Part shown: one piece after another, positions 25,108 to 38,301 of the stretch
Layout: each line of letters opens with the position of its first letter
How positions within the stretch are numbered: position 1 is the stretch's first letter
Assembly: GCF_006345805.1 (NCBI RefSeq)
Contig: NC_042999.1
Location: 129,890,001 to 129,954,000, forward strand
Source of the DNA: Octopus sinensis
Lineage: Eukaryota
Length of the DNA stretch: 64,000 bases
Direction: 5' to 3'
Notes under the pieces: generated by a model
Told to the model about the DNA's origin: nothing
Database searches by the model: none
What the model saw: only the letters and a program-made list of their open reading frames with translations
Made by a program: the position numbers and the translations under genes

Positions 25108-25527
25108 TATATATATATATATATATATACGTTTATAAATTCCATAAGCATTCATTTGAAGTGTTTTGATTTAATATAAAGAAAGATAGACATTGTCATT
25201 AGATGATTCAAAGTTCCAGATTGTAACTATCTGCTGTCTTTATCTTTATTTTATAAGTAGTGTTCTTAAGATCAAAATTGCATTATAATTTAATTTAATC
25301 TGGTTATAACTTAATGAACTCAAAATATTTTAGGCATATCATATTTAAAATGGCTAAAATATGGAGTAGATTGATAGAAGGACTACATTTGTGATGTTCT
25401 TGATTTTGAAAATAAGGAATAATTTTGAAGTTAAAAAGAACCTGTTGAATTATATGAGTAAAGAATTTTTGTAAATTAATCAAAATTTGTGAAATATAAT
25501 TACTTTTATTTTATTTACATATTATAG

Positions 25528-25664
25528 GGACATGAGCACTGAAAACCTTAAATATTTAAGTAGCATGCAAGCACTTGCTGATTTGGCAAATTTCCGACAG
25601 AACATTTCTCCTCAATTTGGTTTTACAAAGAATAAATGGATATCTTTTGGTGGTTCCTATCCTG
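25528..25664 (+). CDS. S28 peptidase exon 3 (catalytic Ser, GGSYPG)
   Basis: TAG|G; DMSTENLKYLSSMQALADLANF...KWISFGGSYP; donor G|GTAAAT, phase 1. Confidence 0.96.
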
Positions 25665-26552
25665 GTAAATAACAGCTTTATATTTTTGAAAGAACTTTCT
25701 ATAAAATGTTAATCATATTCTCATGACTTATTAAATATAATAGAAGTACATAGGAAAAGTGAATCTGAAATATTGCAACAAAATATCTGAGACAATAACC
25801 CTGTCCAATTAGTGCTGCTAATCTAGTTACAATGTAATTTAGTGAAACCTTGCTTAATTTTATTATTGTCAGTTTGTTATTGTTTAGCCTCAGTCAACTC
25901 TAATGAAGAAGCCCTATGATCAAAAAAACTGTTTTAAGAAGGACAACATTATATAGTGGAAGGAAGGGGGTCAATGGGCCACACACCTCAGAATAGATGG
26001 TGTGCTCAGCTGTACCTTGTAGTCATGACTGCAATGGTGTTGCTGCATAGAATGGCCAACAACACTTGGTGCAGCAGCCACTCCACTTCACACCACTTTT
26101 ATCCTGATTTTGCAGAGGAAATTGGTAGTGCAGGATCCAAGGACATCTAAGGTCTCAACAGCAACTGGAACAAACTGATAGATGCCAATCAGGCTCCTGT
26201 ATTTATTTATTTTTTTATCTTCTGTATTGTGTGTGGCAATACCCTATCATTTAAAACATGACCAGCTGTAGAAACTTTGTCAGATCAGATTGGAGCCTCA
26301 GTCAAACCATCCAACCCATGCGGACGTTAAACAATGATGACGATGATGCTGAATATGCTCCTTTGTCACTTCTATTATAGCTTTGAAAGAAAATCTGTAA
26401 AATCAAACTGCACTCTTCAAAACTTACACTAAAAATAAAGGCAAGGTGAAATTACTACCTGTTTTTATAGCAAGTTGATGCAGTAGTTTATCCCACCCCC
26501 CTTCAACCTTTAGTTCATGCAATTGAAAAAACTGCGTTATTTATGGGATGAC

Positions 26553-26555
<3 letters not shown>

Positions 26556-26588
<33 letters not shown>

Positions 26589-26613
26589 TATATATATATA
26601 TACATATATATAC

Positions 26614-26707
<94 letters not shown>

Positions 26708-26776
26708 CATATATATAATATATATATATATATACATATATAATATATATATATATATACATATATATACATATAT

Positions 26777-26818
<42 letters not shown>

Positions 26819-26837
26819 TATACATATATATATATAC

Positions 26838-26868
<31 letters not shown>
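26556..26868. repeat. Long (TA)n/(TACATA) compound microsatellite; similar tracts at 24675-24850, 27450-27575, 33240-33630, 38235-38300, 38440-38580
   Basis: Directly visible; source of the YIYIYI ORFs. Confidence 0.97.
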
Positions 26869-27039
26869 CCGGAAACTACCCCCTCCCCCACTAGCACCTA
26901 TGTAGGGTTTATCTGAACATATAGCGCAAAAATTGTGAAAAGTATGCAGGTTGTAGTCTAGAGTTTCCATATGAAATCTGCCAAATGCAAGCTTTCTTTT
27001 CAGTACATGACACTGCTGTCCCTCGTCCCAGGGTCTCTG

Positions 27040-27349
27040 ATGCCCACACCTCCCAAACCCTCAGAGTTGGCACGCTCAACGTTGGCACATTGAAAGATAG
27101 GTCTGGAGAGATTGTAGAGCTGCTTGAACGGAGACGTTGGATGTATGCTGTATCCAGGAAGTAAGGTGGAGAGGAGGTTCTGCTAGGCTCCTCACGGGCA
27201 AGGAACACAGGTACAAGATTTTCTGGGCAGGGAACATTGACGGTGTCGGGGGCGTGGGTATACTTCTCGCGGAGAAATGGATAGGTAAGGTAATCGAGGT
27301 AGTCAGAATAAGTGACAGAGTAATAAAATTAGATTAGTTCTTCACCATA
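27040..27349 (+). mobile_element. RTE-type LINE 5' region, AP endonuclease N-terminus, cut by the assembly gap
   Basis: [26 protein letters not shown], frameshift, DVCCIQEVRWRGG...GVGGVGILL...RISDRVI are EEP endonuclease motifs. Confidence 0.88.
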
Positions 27350-27449
27350 NNNNNNNNNNNNNNNNNNNNNNNNNNNNNNNNNNNNNNNNNNNNNNNNNNN
27401 NNNNNNNNNNNNNNNNNNNNNNNNNNNNNNNNNNNNNNNNNNNNNNNNN
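27350..27449. other. Assembly gap (100 N) in intron 3 of the S28 gene
   Basis: Run of N; exons 3 and 4 join in phase across it. Confidence 0.99.
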
Positions 27450-28009
27450 TATATATATACATATATATATACATATATATATATACATATATATATACAT
27501 ATTATATATACATATATATATACATATATATATACACATATATATATACATATATATATATATATACATATATGCCTGTGTGTGTCTGTTTTTGTCCTCC
27601 TATCAGCACGTGACAACCAGCGTTAGTGTGTTTACATCCCCGCAACTTAGTGGTTCGGCAAAAGAGACCAATAGAATAAGTACCAGGCTTAGAAAATATG
27701 TACCAGGGGCGATTTGTTCAACTATAAATTCAAGGCGTTATCCCAGCATGGCCCCAGTCTGATGACTGAATCAGGTAAAAGATAAAAGATAGTGTATGTT
27801 TCTCCTTTTTTTAAGATAGCAGGGTGTGATTTGGAAGAAATATAATTCCTCTCAGATATTCATCAAAGGGAAAATTTCAGCAAAAGTATGTATTTAGATG
27901 ACTTTATGATTAACTGTAATTGATTGTTGTCTAAACACTATCAATGATGTTAATTGCTCAATATATAAATCTAATTTTGAATGTTTCCAAACCACTTTGT
28001 TCCTGTTAA

Positions 28010-28231
28010 CCCTTTTGTTACCATATTTCTGTTGAGATGCTCTGAGTTTCTTTCAAGAAATTTTAAATAAAACAAAGAAATTAATAAAATAACTTAGTTA
28101 TCATTAAGCTAGTATTAGGAACATAAATTGTGGCTATGGTTTGGTGGAAGAATATAATTCAAAACTTACGAAAACAAGACATTTGTACTACAGAGCCAGA
28201 GGCGGTTTCAGCCGGGTTGGTTATGAAAGGG
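28010..28231. mobile_element. piggyBac-like MITE, second family
   Basis: TTAA|CCCTTTTGTTACCA ... TGGTTATGAAAGGG|TTAA; inverted copy at 54327-54547. Confidence 0.8.
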
Positions 28232-29079
28232 TTAATGTTAAAGAGTTGCTGTGAGCAACTGAATAAAATGTAATTTACTGGATGGATATGGTTTTGTAGC
28301 AATGAAAATAGTGTTCTCTACTCTTATAGACTGTACTAGTTTCTCTGCCATTATAAATTGTATTAGTGTTTTATAGCACTATAGACTATATTGGTGTTCT
28401 CTACCAGTATTGTCTGTATTAATTAATTGTCTAAATTTTAGATTATTTTCTATAATTAAGATGATTATTTTCTGGGATATTGACCTCATTTTACAATGTC
28501 TAATTACAATATTTATATCTGTATTATGTTTTTGTTGGTTTAAACTCTCTACAGGTTATCTTCATATGTTTAGATTGTAGAAATTTATTATTCACCCCAG
28601 TCCAGCCATGATCAAGCAAACCTGTGATCAAAAATGTTTCTATTGTAATTATTGCATCTTTTATTCATGCATAATGTATCTAAAAGTTCATTATCTAATG
28701 CATCCTTCCTATTTTTTAAGATAGTAGAGTGTTTGGTTACTATTTCTAGCAGGTTGAAGAACTGTGTAGAGGCTCATAGAATTTAGTTTCTCCCTGATGA
28801 TTAATGTATTGCAGCCATTGTACTAAAAAAGCCATAAAATAAATAATTATATTGTTAAAGTAAATAACTAAATTGCTCTCCTAATGTTAGTAATTTATAT
28901 CCGCCTTGTCAGTGGCACAATTTGAACCTGATACTTTTCAAGTTATTGAACCATTCTTTTAAAAAAATTGACTCTTTAAAGTTATGTTCACCAACTTTTT
29001 TACTATGTATTATATTTATACATTATACATTATATATTTATCCACCATGGATTTGTTTATTATATCACTTCCATTCTAG

Positions 29080-29175
29080 GTGCTTTGTCAGCTTGGTTCA
29101 GATTAAAATACCCACAGCTTGTCGATGGTGCAGTTGCCAGCAGTGCTCCAGTTAATGCTGTGCTTAATTTCAAAG
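29080..29175 (+). CDS. S28 peptidase exon 4
   Basis: TAG|GT; [32 protein letters not shown]; donor G|GTAAAT, phase 1. Confidence 0.96.
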
Positions 29176-29826
29176 GTAAATAATTTTCATACATTTTTAT
29201 GTTTATTTTTCTTTAATCCTTTAGCATTCAGATTTCTCTGTCAGATATAATTGCTTATTTATTCACATTGTTTTGAATTAATGATGCATTATCTCATATC
29301 TTTGAGACTTCAATGATGTGATTATTAATATGTTAAATGACATTGCAGGGTAGGTGTGAAAGGCCAGATCTGGCTGGTTTGGACATAAAACAAATAGAAT
29401 ATTTTGGCTGGATATGGGGTTAATGTTTTTTTGTTATTTTTCTTTATTTAAATCAGATTCTGTAAGGATACTTATCCAATGGCTCTAAAGTAACAAGTTT
29501 ATACCCTGTCACTTTCCTCACCATGACATGGGTAGGACTTGAGATCAAGTTCTGCCCTTGTCAAATCTTTCATCTAAATTGATAAAACAACAACAACCTT
29601 ACAAGCCTGAACTTTTCCTCAGCATCACTATGAATATTACAAGGTTCCAAACTCAGTATTGATGATCCAGTGATGTATATTTACAATATATAATAGGCTA
29701 TAAACAGGCGAAATTTGCGATGACGAATCAGTTTCTGACTGAAGAACGAAGGCTTTGAATGACCCGTCTGTCTCTTATGTTCGTCCCTTCGTGTATTTCA
29801 CGTTATTTATATATGTAAAGGTTTAT

Positions 29827-29859
<33 letters not shown>

Positions 29860-30243
29860 GTATAATGAGAGAGAGAGAGTCCAATATTTCACCTTTTTTC
29901 TTTTTCTTTTTGATCTCAGTTAGTATTATGACCCCCATGGGCTTCACTTGCACACTTCTTTCATTGTGTCTGTGAGCATAACATCAGATCTTTTTAGTAT
30001 TAGGCGATAGTCAGTCTACTTTCACCATAGTGAGTAGCATATACGAGTTTGATTAATTAGCTTCTTATTGTTGCCTTGTTTATCTGTTAAAACTTAATGG
30101 CTTGCTCCCGAGGGAAACTTTTTAGTAGAGTTAGCTGGCAAATTATAATTCTGAGATGTATAAATACTTTGCATAAAAATTATGATCAAACAGTATGTTA
30201 CCTTCTATATGCCATTGTGGTTTTTTATCATCATTTCTTCCAG

Positions 30244-30382
30244 ATTATTTGCGAGTTGTTACTGAGTCTCTTGCGACATTTGGTGGTCCTGAGTGTAACA
30301 CAGCTATTAGCCAAGCAACGGAAGCTATTGAGCAATTACTTAAAACTCCAGCAGGAAGAAATCTGTTGAAGACAAATTTCAA
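30244..30382 (+). CDS. S28 peptidase exon 5
   Basis: CAG|AT; DYLRVVTESLATFGGPECNTAISQA...LLKTNF; donor AA|GTAAAA, phase 2. Confidence 0.93.
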
Positions 30383-30725
30383 GTAAAAATTTGTTTTATT
30401 TTGTTAATTGGTAGATGTTGTTGAATAGTTTCTGTTAGCCCTACTTGAACATATCTCTATCATGAATGAATGCAGATCAAATGGTTTGATCTTTGAGAAT
30501 TCAATCAGTGTTCTATGTTTATAGTATATTTTTATTGTAGGTGTATTGTTATAATTTATAGGACTTAACATGTTTTAGGGATTTTGCTGAAATATTTTAC
30601 CACAATATTAAGCTGATTGAAAATTTACAGAGGCAGGTTTAATGAATCTCATCATTTCATAGCCTATTTCAGTAGTTCAGTCTTGTAAACTTAAAAGGTT
30701 TTTTTTTCCTTTCAATTTGTTCCAG

Positions 30726-30840
30726 CCTTTGCCAAGAAATTGATATCAGTAATACACTGGATATTTCAAATCTTTTCTCTTCATTTTCTGGAAATTTTGA
30801 AGGTGTTGTGCAGTACAATAGAGATAATCGGGAATTTGAG
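30726..30840 (+). CDS. S28 peptidase exon 6
   Basis: CAG|C; [38 protein letters not shown]; donor GAG|GTAAGA, phase 0. Confidence 0.94.
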
Positions 30841-32805
30841 GTAAGATCATTAAAAATTGATACTTTAATAATATCACTGTCATCTTATCTTTTGTACATT
30901 GAGCTGAACATTCTCACCAGAGTTCTAAGCAACTTCAACAACTAGTATGGAATGAATCTACTGTCTGTCTTTGGCAAAGTGTTCTATTATGTACACCTTA
31001 CCTGCCTGAAGAGTAAAGCAGACAACAAAGTAATTGATAAATATTTACAAAAAGAGCTGATAGAATTCAGGAAAGTCATGTAGTGAACTAATTCTACACA
31101 TTTATTCCAGAGCTGCCTGAGATCAATCTCATTAATTTCAATAAGTCCTTTGGCAGTATTCACAGGAGTTCTGTATGGAGTGCCCAATTACTACATCAAT
31201 ATCACATGATCACTTTATTGGAAGACATGATGTATCAAAGATGGGAACACAAAAAGGTTCAACATTATCATAAGGATACATTGGGGATTTTCTATACGGC
31301 AAATGGGAATGAGAAAAACTTGCTGACTTTGACTTCCTTGATGAGCTGGGATTCTTTACTACTACATCTATGGTTATACAAGGCATGACTACCAGTTTTA
31401 GTAACAACAGCTTAAAGGTTGGTTTTTGAATCAGCAATGAAACGGTGAAAGAGAGAATTATTTAGGTGACACAGCAGTAATATGTCTGGATGGAAGGCCA
31501 GACTTTTGAAATTGTTGATTCATTTACATTTCTAGACAGTAATATTGCTAATAATAGAAACTCAGAAACTGATATGGGGAAGAGACCCAGCAATGCTTTG
31601 CTGTCTTTCAGCATTTGAACTGTATGGCTCAGCTCATCCATCAAACAAGGCACTAAACTCCATCTGTATTCATCAGTCATCATGCTGCCAGCAAACTTAA
31701 GCCTGTGAGGTGTGGAAAAATACCAGCAGAATCTACAAAACTGCAGATTCTTTCCACATAATTTACCTTTGAATCATTCTAAGAATTTCTTGGCATGGGA
31801 ACATCACAAATAAAAAAGCCACAGAAAGGGATAATTTGAATACCCAACCTACAGAATACTGTGGCTATAAGTTGGCAAACAATGGTCAGCCACATATAGC
31901 ACATGTCCATGAAGAGATCAGTGAGATCTTCTCTTGTATAGAAATCAGGAGAGCAAGTGCATAACAAGCAAGGTAGACTTAGTTGAAGGCTGTGGATGAG
32001 AATGTAGCTGAAGGAACTTGTGCCCATGCTGGGTGGAGATAACTTGCCTGATACTCCAGTAGTTCAGATAGAAGTTCTTTGTAGAAACTGCTCATGCTAC
32101 TTCTGCGATGCACATTTATTACAGTCACGAACATCTTGAGTAATTAGTTATTTAGGTCATCTTTTACACTTACTAATCTCTCTTTTTCTCTTACTATCAA
32201 TAAACCTTTAACATTATTATCAGTTTAGAAAATGTCCTATCTTTTTTTCTTTATATCATAATTGCACATTATGATATAAATGCACATTGTCCACCTCCCC
32301 TGTAATATCTCTGTACTTGCTATTGTTTTTATATTTGTTGAAACTATGATAATCAGCTAAAGAGAAGCCTACCAAAGTCTTGTAATAATTATTAGTAATC
32401 TAAGTAATTGGGAGACTAGTAAACTGGTGGTTGTTAAGAAAGGCATCCAGTCATAGAAACACTGCCAGAGCAGTCACTGGAAACCAATGCAGCTCTCAAG
32501 CTAGTTGGATTCTGTTAAACCATCCAACCCATGTGAGCTTGGTATATAGATCATAAATGATGATGAGAAGGAGCAGGGAGCAGTGTAAAACACAGCCAAA
32601 ATCTGAAACTAAGGGTAAAGATCACTGATGTAAGAAACAATCATTTATTTTCATTAATGTTGTCTTAACTTTTATATTGATTTTTTGCTGTTGTCATCAT
32701 CATCATAATCATCATTTTTCATTACTGCTATGTATTGAACGATTTTTAAAAATTTTATTTCATTTTTAATTTAGTAATTTATTTTTGTTCTTCTTTCTAT
32801 TTCAG

Positions 32806-33007
32806 CATGTCAAAGGAACAAATATAACAATTACTACCCTCTGCAATATTATGACAAATAAGAACTATGGGCCTCCTATTGATAGATATGCAAGAGTTAA
32901 CCAGTTAATGCTTAAAACACAAGAAGAAGAGTGCCTTGATTTCAGTTATAAAGAAATGATTAAAGATCTCAGAGAGACCTCATGGAATTCAAGTGCTGCT
33001 GAAGGAG
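32806..33007 (+). CDS. S28 peptidase exon 7
   Basis: CAG|CAT; HVKGTNITITTLCNIM...CLDFSYKEMIKDLRETSWNSSAAEG; donor G|GTACAT, phase 1. Confidence 0.94.
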
Positions 33008-33313
33008 GTACATACTTTTGTATTTTAGTTTCTGACTCTTAAATCATCATTTAGCATCTTTCCATGCTGGCATGGACTGGATGGTTTGACAGCATCTGGC
33101 AAGCCAGAGGATTGCACCAAGCTCTACTATCTACTTTGGCATGGCTTCTACACCTGGATGCCCTTCCTAATGCCAACCATTATTCAGGGTATATTGGGGG
33201 CTTTTTACATGGAACCAGCACTGGCAAAGTGGGTGTGTATAAGTATGTATAATTTTGTATGTGCGCGTGCATGTATGTATATATGTATGTGTGTATGTAT
33301 GTATGTATATATG

Positions 33314-33348
<35 letters not shown>

Positions 33349-33565
33349 ATGTGTGTGTATGTATGTATGTATATGTGTGTATATGTATGTATATGTGTGT
33401 GTGTATATATATGTATGTATATGTGTGTGTGTATATATATGTATGTGTGTATATATATGTATGTATATGTGTGTGTGTGTGTATATATGTATGTATGTAT
33501 ATGTGTGCGTGTGTATATATGTATGTATGTATATGTGTGTGTGTATATATATGTATGTATGTATA

Positions 33566-33596
<31 letters not shown>

Positions 33597-33635
33597 GTGT
33601 GTGTATATATATGTCTGATTTCGTGTGTGTGTGTA

Positions 33636-33976
33636 TCAGGTCATCCCATAAGTTCTGTCCGATTTTACCTATTTTTAAAATTGAATGAAATTTAATTGTG
33701 TTTTAGAATGTCTAATGGAATTAAAAGTTATTTTTATGCATTTGTGTGCATTTAAATTAATTAAATATTATTTTACAGAATAATAGAATTAAAATTTCTT
33801 TGATTAAAACCCTTTCTAACATGGAAGTATCCAAAGAGCATTTGAGGCACATAATGCTTTATGAGTACAAAAAAGGAAACTTTGCTGCTGAAGCAACTTG
33901 AAACATACACTCAGTTTATGGGAAAGAATGCTTGAATGAAAGAACTTCCAGATGGTTTGCAAAATTCAGAAGTGGA
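33636..33976 (+). mobile_element. Mariner 5' fragment (TIR plus transposase N-terminus)
   Basis: TA|TCAGGTCATCCCATAAGTT TIR; from 33821 MEVSKEHLRHIMLYEYKKGNFAAEAT*NIHSVYGKECLNERT.RWFAKFRSG. A related TIR end lies at ~26520-26558. Confidence 0.85.
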
Positions 33977-34353
33977 TTACCACTGTGTACTTGTCTGATG
34001 CTTTGTACTGAATCATCATCATGATCATTTAACGTCTTTTCTCCATGCTGGCACGGGTTGGATGGCTTGACAGGAGCTGACAAGCTGGAGAGCTGCCCAG
34101 GCTCCAATTGTCTGTTTTGGTATGGTTTCGACAGCTGGACTCCCTTCCTAACGCCAATCACTTTACAGAGTGTACTGGGTGCTTCTTACTTGGTGTCAGC
34201 ACAAGTGCTTCTTATGTGGTGCCGGCATGAGTGCTTTTTATGTGAAGCATGTATATTGAGTTCTAACAGCAGGTTATTAGTATTGCAATGCCTAAGTGAA
34301 GTATTAAAGTATGTACATATATACATAGTTATTTATTTACTTATTTTATAAAG

Positions 34354-34447
34354 GCCGGCAGTGGATTTATCAAACCTGTACTGAATTTGGATATTTTCAA
34401 ACATCAGATTTTCCTAAACAGCCATTTGGTCATTATTACCCTTTAAG
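34354..34447 (+). CDS. S28 peptidase exon 8
   Basis: AAG|GC; [31 protein letters not shown]; donor AG|GTAAGA, phase 2. Confidence 0.96.
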
Positions 34448-35015
34448 GTAAGAATATGTTTGAAACAATTTATGTTGTATTTCATTACAGTTAAATATTC
34501 TTTGTATCAAATTCAGTGAAAGTCTATAAGAGAAAGTGGTCTGTTGACTAAAAGTTATCTGCAGGAGTAAAGAAGTGATGAAATTGGGACTCGAGATGCC
34601 GAACTTCATGGACAAAATAATATTGAAACAAGAAGAATGATAGTATGCTGTATCCATACCAGCTTGTGTACAATGGACAGTGGTGCAGTGATGATGAATT
34701 ATTAAGTTTTATTTTTGCCAGTTTAAAAGGTTTTATGTCTACATAGTGCATTTATGGTTCTTCTCAATGTCAGCTCTTTACAGTCAGACCCTCTTCCATC
34801 AGCATCTGTAGGATGCCAGGAGAAAGTTTTGAACACCTTGAAAACGGTGGAGAGTAACCATCATCCTCAGCATTGTCTTTATCTTCTAAAGATTTTCAAA
34901 AGAATTATAGATTTCTCTGATTCATGAGTAACAAATATTTAATAAACTTGTTACTATAGAATATCCAGACGCATTCTAAAATATATTTTTTGATGTGTAC
35001 TGTTTTCTGTCTCAG

Positions 35016-35224
35016 TATTTCAGGTCAGATATGTATGGATTTATTTGGTAAGAAATTTAACCTCAACTTAACCAGTGCAGGCATTCAGTGGACCAATGCA
35101 AACTATGGTGCTTTACATCTAAGTGGTTCTCGTATTATTCTACCCAATGGTTCTATAGATCCTTGGCATGCTCTAGGAGTTCTTAGTGATATATCTAAAG
35201 ATGTTAAAGCAGTCTATATAAATG
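35016..35224 (+). CDS. S28 peptidase exon 9 (catalytic Asp, NGSIDPWH)
   Basis: CTCAG|T is the only in-phase acceptor; ISGQICMDLFG...TNANYGA...PNGSIDPWHALG...VYIN; donor G|GTAAGT. Confidence 0.93.
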
Positions 35225-36763
35225 GTAAGTCATCATTTTGCTTATGTTAGTCTCTGTGTCTTTGGTAAAGAAACGTATTCCTTATCTTTTAACAGTCACT
35301 ATGTGGAGATTCTCTTTACTGAACTTGGTTTCCCATCAATGCCATAAATATAGAAATGACTTTTAGCACAGTTTTCCTTTTATGCAAGACTCTCTCTCTA
35401 AAGTAGGCAATTTATGCAAGAATCTGAAGTAAAAATTCCTTCTAACACTGACTTCAATTTTTCAGACCCTCTATTGTTTTGTACTCCAAACATCATGTAA
35501 ACTACTTATTTCTTGTATTGCTATTGACTTTAACGTATATATCAAAGATTCACTTTAGCAGGTACGTCTTTCTGTAATTAACTGTAAAAAAAATAGCTTT
35601 TGGTGATCATATCTTGAGAAATGGCCTACCTTTTAAATTTCACAGTTGTCAGATTCTGCATTCAGTACAAAATTAGAGGCATACAGGAAATGATCAGACA
35701 GGACATTATATTCTGAATGCTACACTACATCATATATGTTGGAGTGTAGATTGTGGTCCTTCACCATACTGAAGCACAGCATATCAAAAACACAAGATCT
35801 ATGCATCCCAATTGTCCACTCATCTATCTATGTGCTGTAGGTTTTCTTCTTTCTCTATAGGGCTTTTATTATTTGGATTTCTTCTATTATAATTCCATTT
35901 GCATCTAGTCTGCTTTATGAGACTATAAATCAACTCTAGTATGTGACTGGTACTTTATGAAATGCAAAGTTGACTTTGGTAAGATTTGAACTTGAACTTG
36001 AAATGTAAGGGACTATGTCTAAATACTTGTAGGCATTTTATGGAACCCTCTAATGATTCTGTCATTCCACTGTTTTGTTGGCAGAATCAGTAGTGTGTTG
36101 TATAGAATGGGTTCTGGTCTTTAATTGCATCCTTTTATAGTCTAAATTTAAATCCCATTGAGGTTAATCTTGCTTTTAATTATTCTGGAATTCAACCATT
36201 TACGACTTTGCACCAGTGTTAGATATTCTCGTCTTGCTTATGAAACTATTTCATTTAGTCAGCTTTTTAACCATCTTGTGAAAATTCAAATATTTGAAGT
36301 AGAAATTTATTTTTGAGAGACAACTTCTAGAACTCATCATCATCATATGTCCACTTCCCACATTGGTATGGGTTGGACAATTTGACATGGAGCTGGCTTG
36401 CAGGGAGCTATCCAGACTCCAAGTGTTTGTTGTGGCATGGTTTCTATGGTTGGATGTCCTTCCTAATGCTAACCACTTAACAGAATGTGCAGGGTGCTTT
36501 ACGTGAGCCACCAGCACAGGTGCTTTTTAAGTGGCACTGGCACTGACTGGACAAGCCTATATGTGTGCAAGACAGCGATTTTACTTAGCTTGATATGTCT
36601 TATCAAGTACAGCAAATCACCACATCTCCCGGTCCCTTAGTAAAATTTGTTTCATCTGAAAATTCTCTCATGTGCTCATCAGTGTCACTATAAATGCTAA
36701 ATTGATTCAATGGTTTGCTTTGTTATGCTATGCTGAATAATGCAATTCATTTTCTTCTATTAG

Positions 36764-36870
36764 GTACAGCTCATTGTGCTAATATGTATCCTGCTGCTGC
36801 ATCTGACCCACTGGCATTGGTACTGGCTCGTCAGGAGATTTCCGAGTTTGTTGGAAAGTGGTTGTTGTGA
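36764..36870 (+). CDS. S28 peptidase exon 10 (catalytic His, GTAHCANM; stop)
   Basis: TAG|GT; GTAHCANMYP...ARQEISEFVGKWLL*. Exons total 1518 nt = 505 aa plus stop. AATAAA at 36870, 37108 and 37151. Confidence 0.96.
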
Positions 36871-38236
36871 ATAAATAGGCATGTCTTAAAAAGATTTTAG
36901 GCATTTGATATGTTGATATAAAAAATATATGACTTCTAAAAAATTTGTATTTAGGCAAAAAGATCAAAACTAACAAACAGATATGAATTAAAACAGCATT
37001 TTTAAAAAACAAACAGAAAAGATATGTGGAAGTAACTTCATCAAAAGAAATAATGGAATTCATTATTAAAAGTAATCAACATACACAAGTTTACTTTATA
37101 GAAATACAATAAAAGTTCAAATATACAAAAATATATATTTTAAAAAATTCAATAAATTTCCGTGTCAATTTAAACCCCACCCAACTGGATTCTACTATAA
37201 ATGTTTTTTATAATAAAATATAAGTGTTTTTAAAAAAAGGGTTTCCCCATCGATTTATACTGACATTCCCCTCCTTCCACATAAAATTTAAAATTATATT
37301 TCGATAACAAATTAAATCAAAATAACTTTTTATCATGTTTTTATAGATTTCCTCAAAACATTGAATTTCATTTCTTTTGTGTTTACAGTTGTTGTAAAGC
37401 TTAATGGATGACAATATCAATATACAGCAGAACAAAATGAATTGCAGTATTTAGTTATGTGCATTTATGTTCTGAGTTTAAATCCTGCTGGGATACTTTC
37501 CTTTGTATAATTATAACAGGTGTTTACAAATAATACAAATACAATAATTATAAGATTGAAAGAAATATTATAATATAAATATTTATGATCATTTATAAAT
37601 ATATTGATAACTGTGATAAACAATTCAAATGAAATGAATTAAAGAAAGCAATAACACACTCATATAAAAGGATTTTTCCAATAATCTTTTTTATCAAACT
37701 ATGTGCAATATATGAATTTCTGTCAGTTTCCATAATTTCCATGTTTAATAGAAATCTTATGAGTTCAGTTAGGTATAAATTTCTAGACCTCTAGGTTTTC
37801 TAACATTTATGTTATATAATTTTTTTCTTATTTATATTTCAAAGCTTTTTTTTTAATGCCTGGATGCACTTTTTACCATTAATTATGTAGCCTAAAATAG
37901 GAGAGATTGTTGTCATCTCGGTAGAATTATGTGTACCTTGTTCAGAGCAAAAGAAAATAGCTGTTTCAAGGTTTAAATTTGCAACCATAATCTAGTACCC
38001 TTGTCTAAGTTTATACAATATCAATTACAATATTCATTCACATTATATTAGCCTTATCAATCTTCTTTAGTTATTACCCACTGATTGCTTTTAATCTAAA
38101 TGCTAAAGAAATATTTATTGTTTAAGAAATCTTTATCTCTTGATGATTATTGGTACCATGACATCTTGAAGGTTATATTCAAAAGAAAATTCCTTTATAC
38201 GATAGAAACCTACAAACTTTTATTGTTTCAATCATT

Positions 38237-38301
<65 letters not shown>

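Noticed and set aside
26515-26970. Long YIYIYI/CVCMY ORFs here and at 24612-24927, 27329-27616, 33086-33695, 38316-38834
   Set aside because: Stop-free translations of (TA)n/(TG)n microsatellites, not genes.
29730-29775. Hammerhead-like CTGAAGA...TTTGAA...GTC (also CTGATGAG at 38302 and 51662)
   Set aside because: Stems I and III cannot be formed convincingly.
30940-32130. Higher-complexity intronic stretch as a nested gene
   Set aside because: Only short ORFs without motifs or splice support; probably very old LINE debris that I cannot classify.
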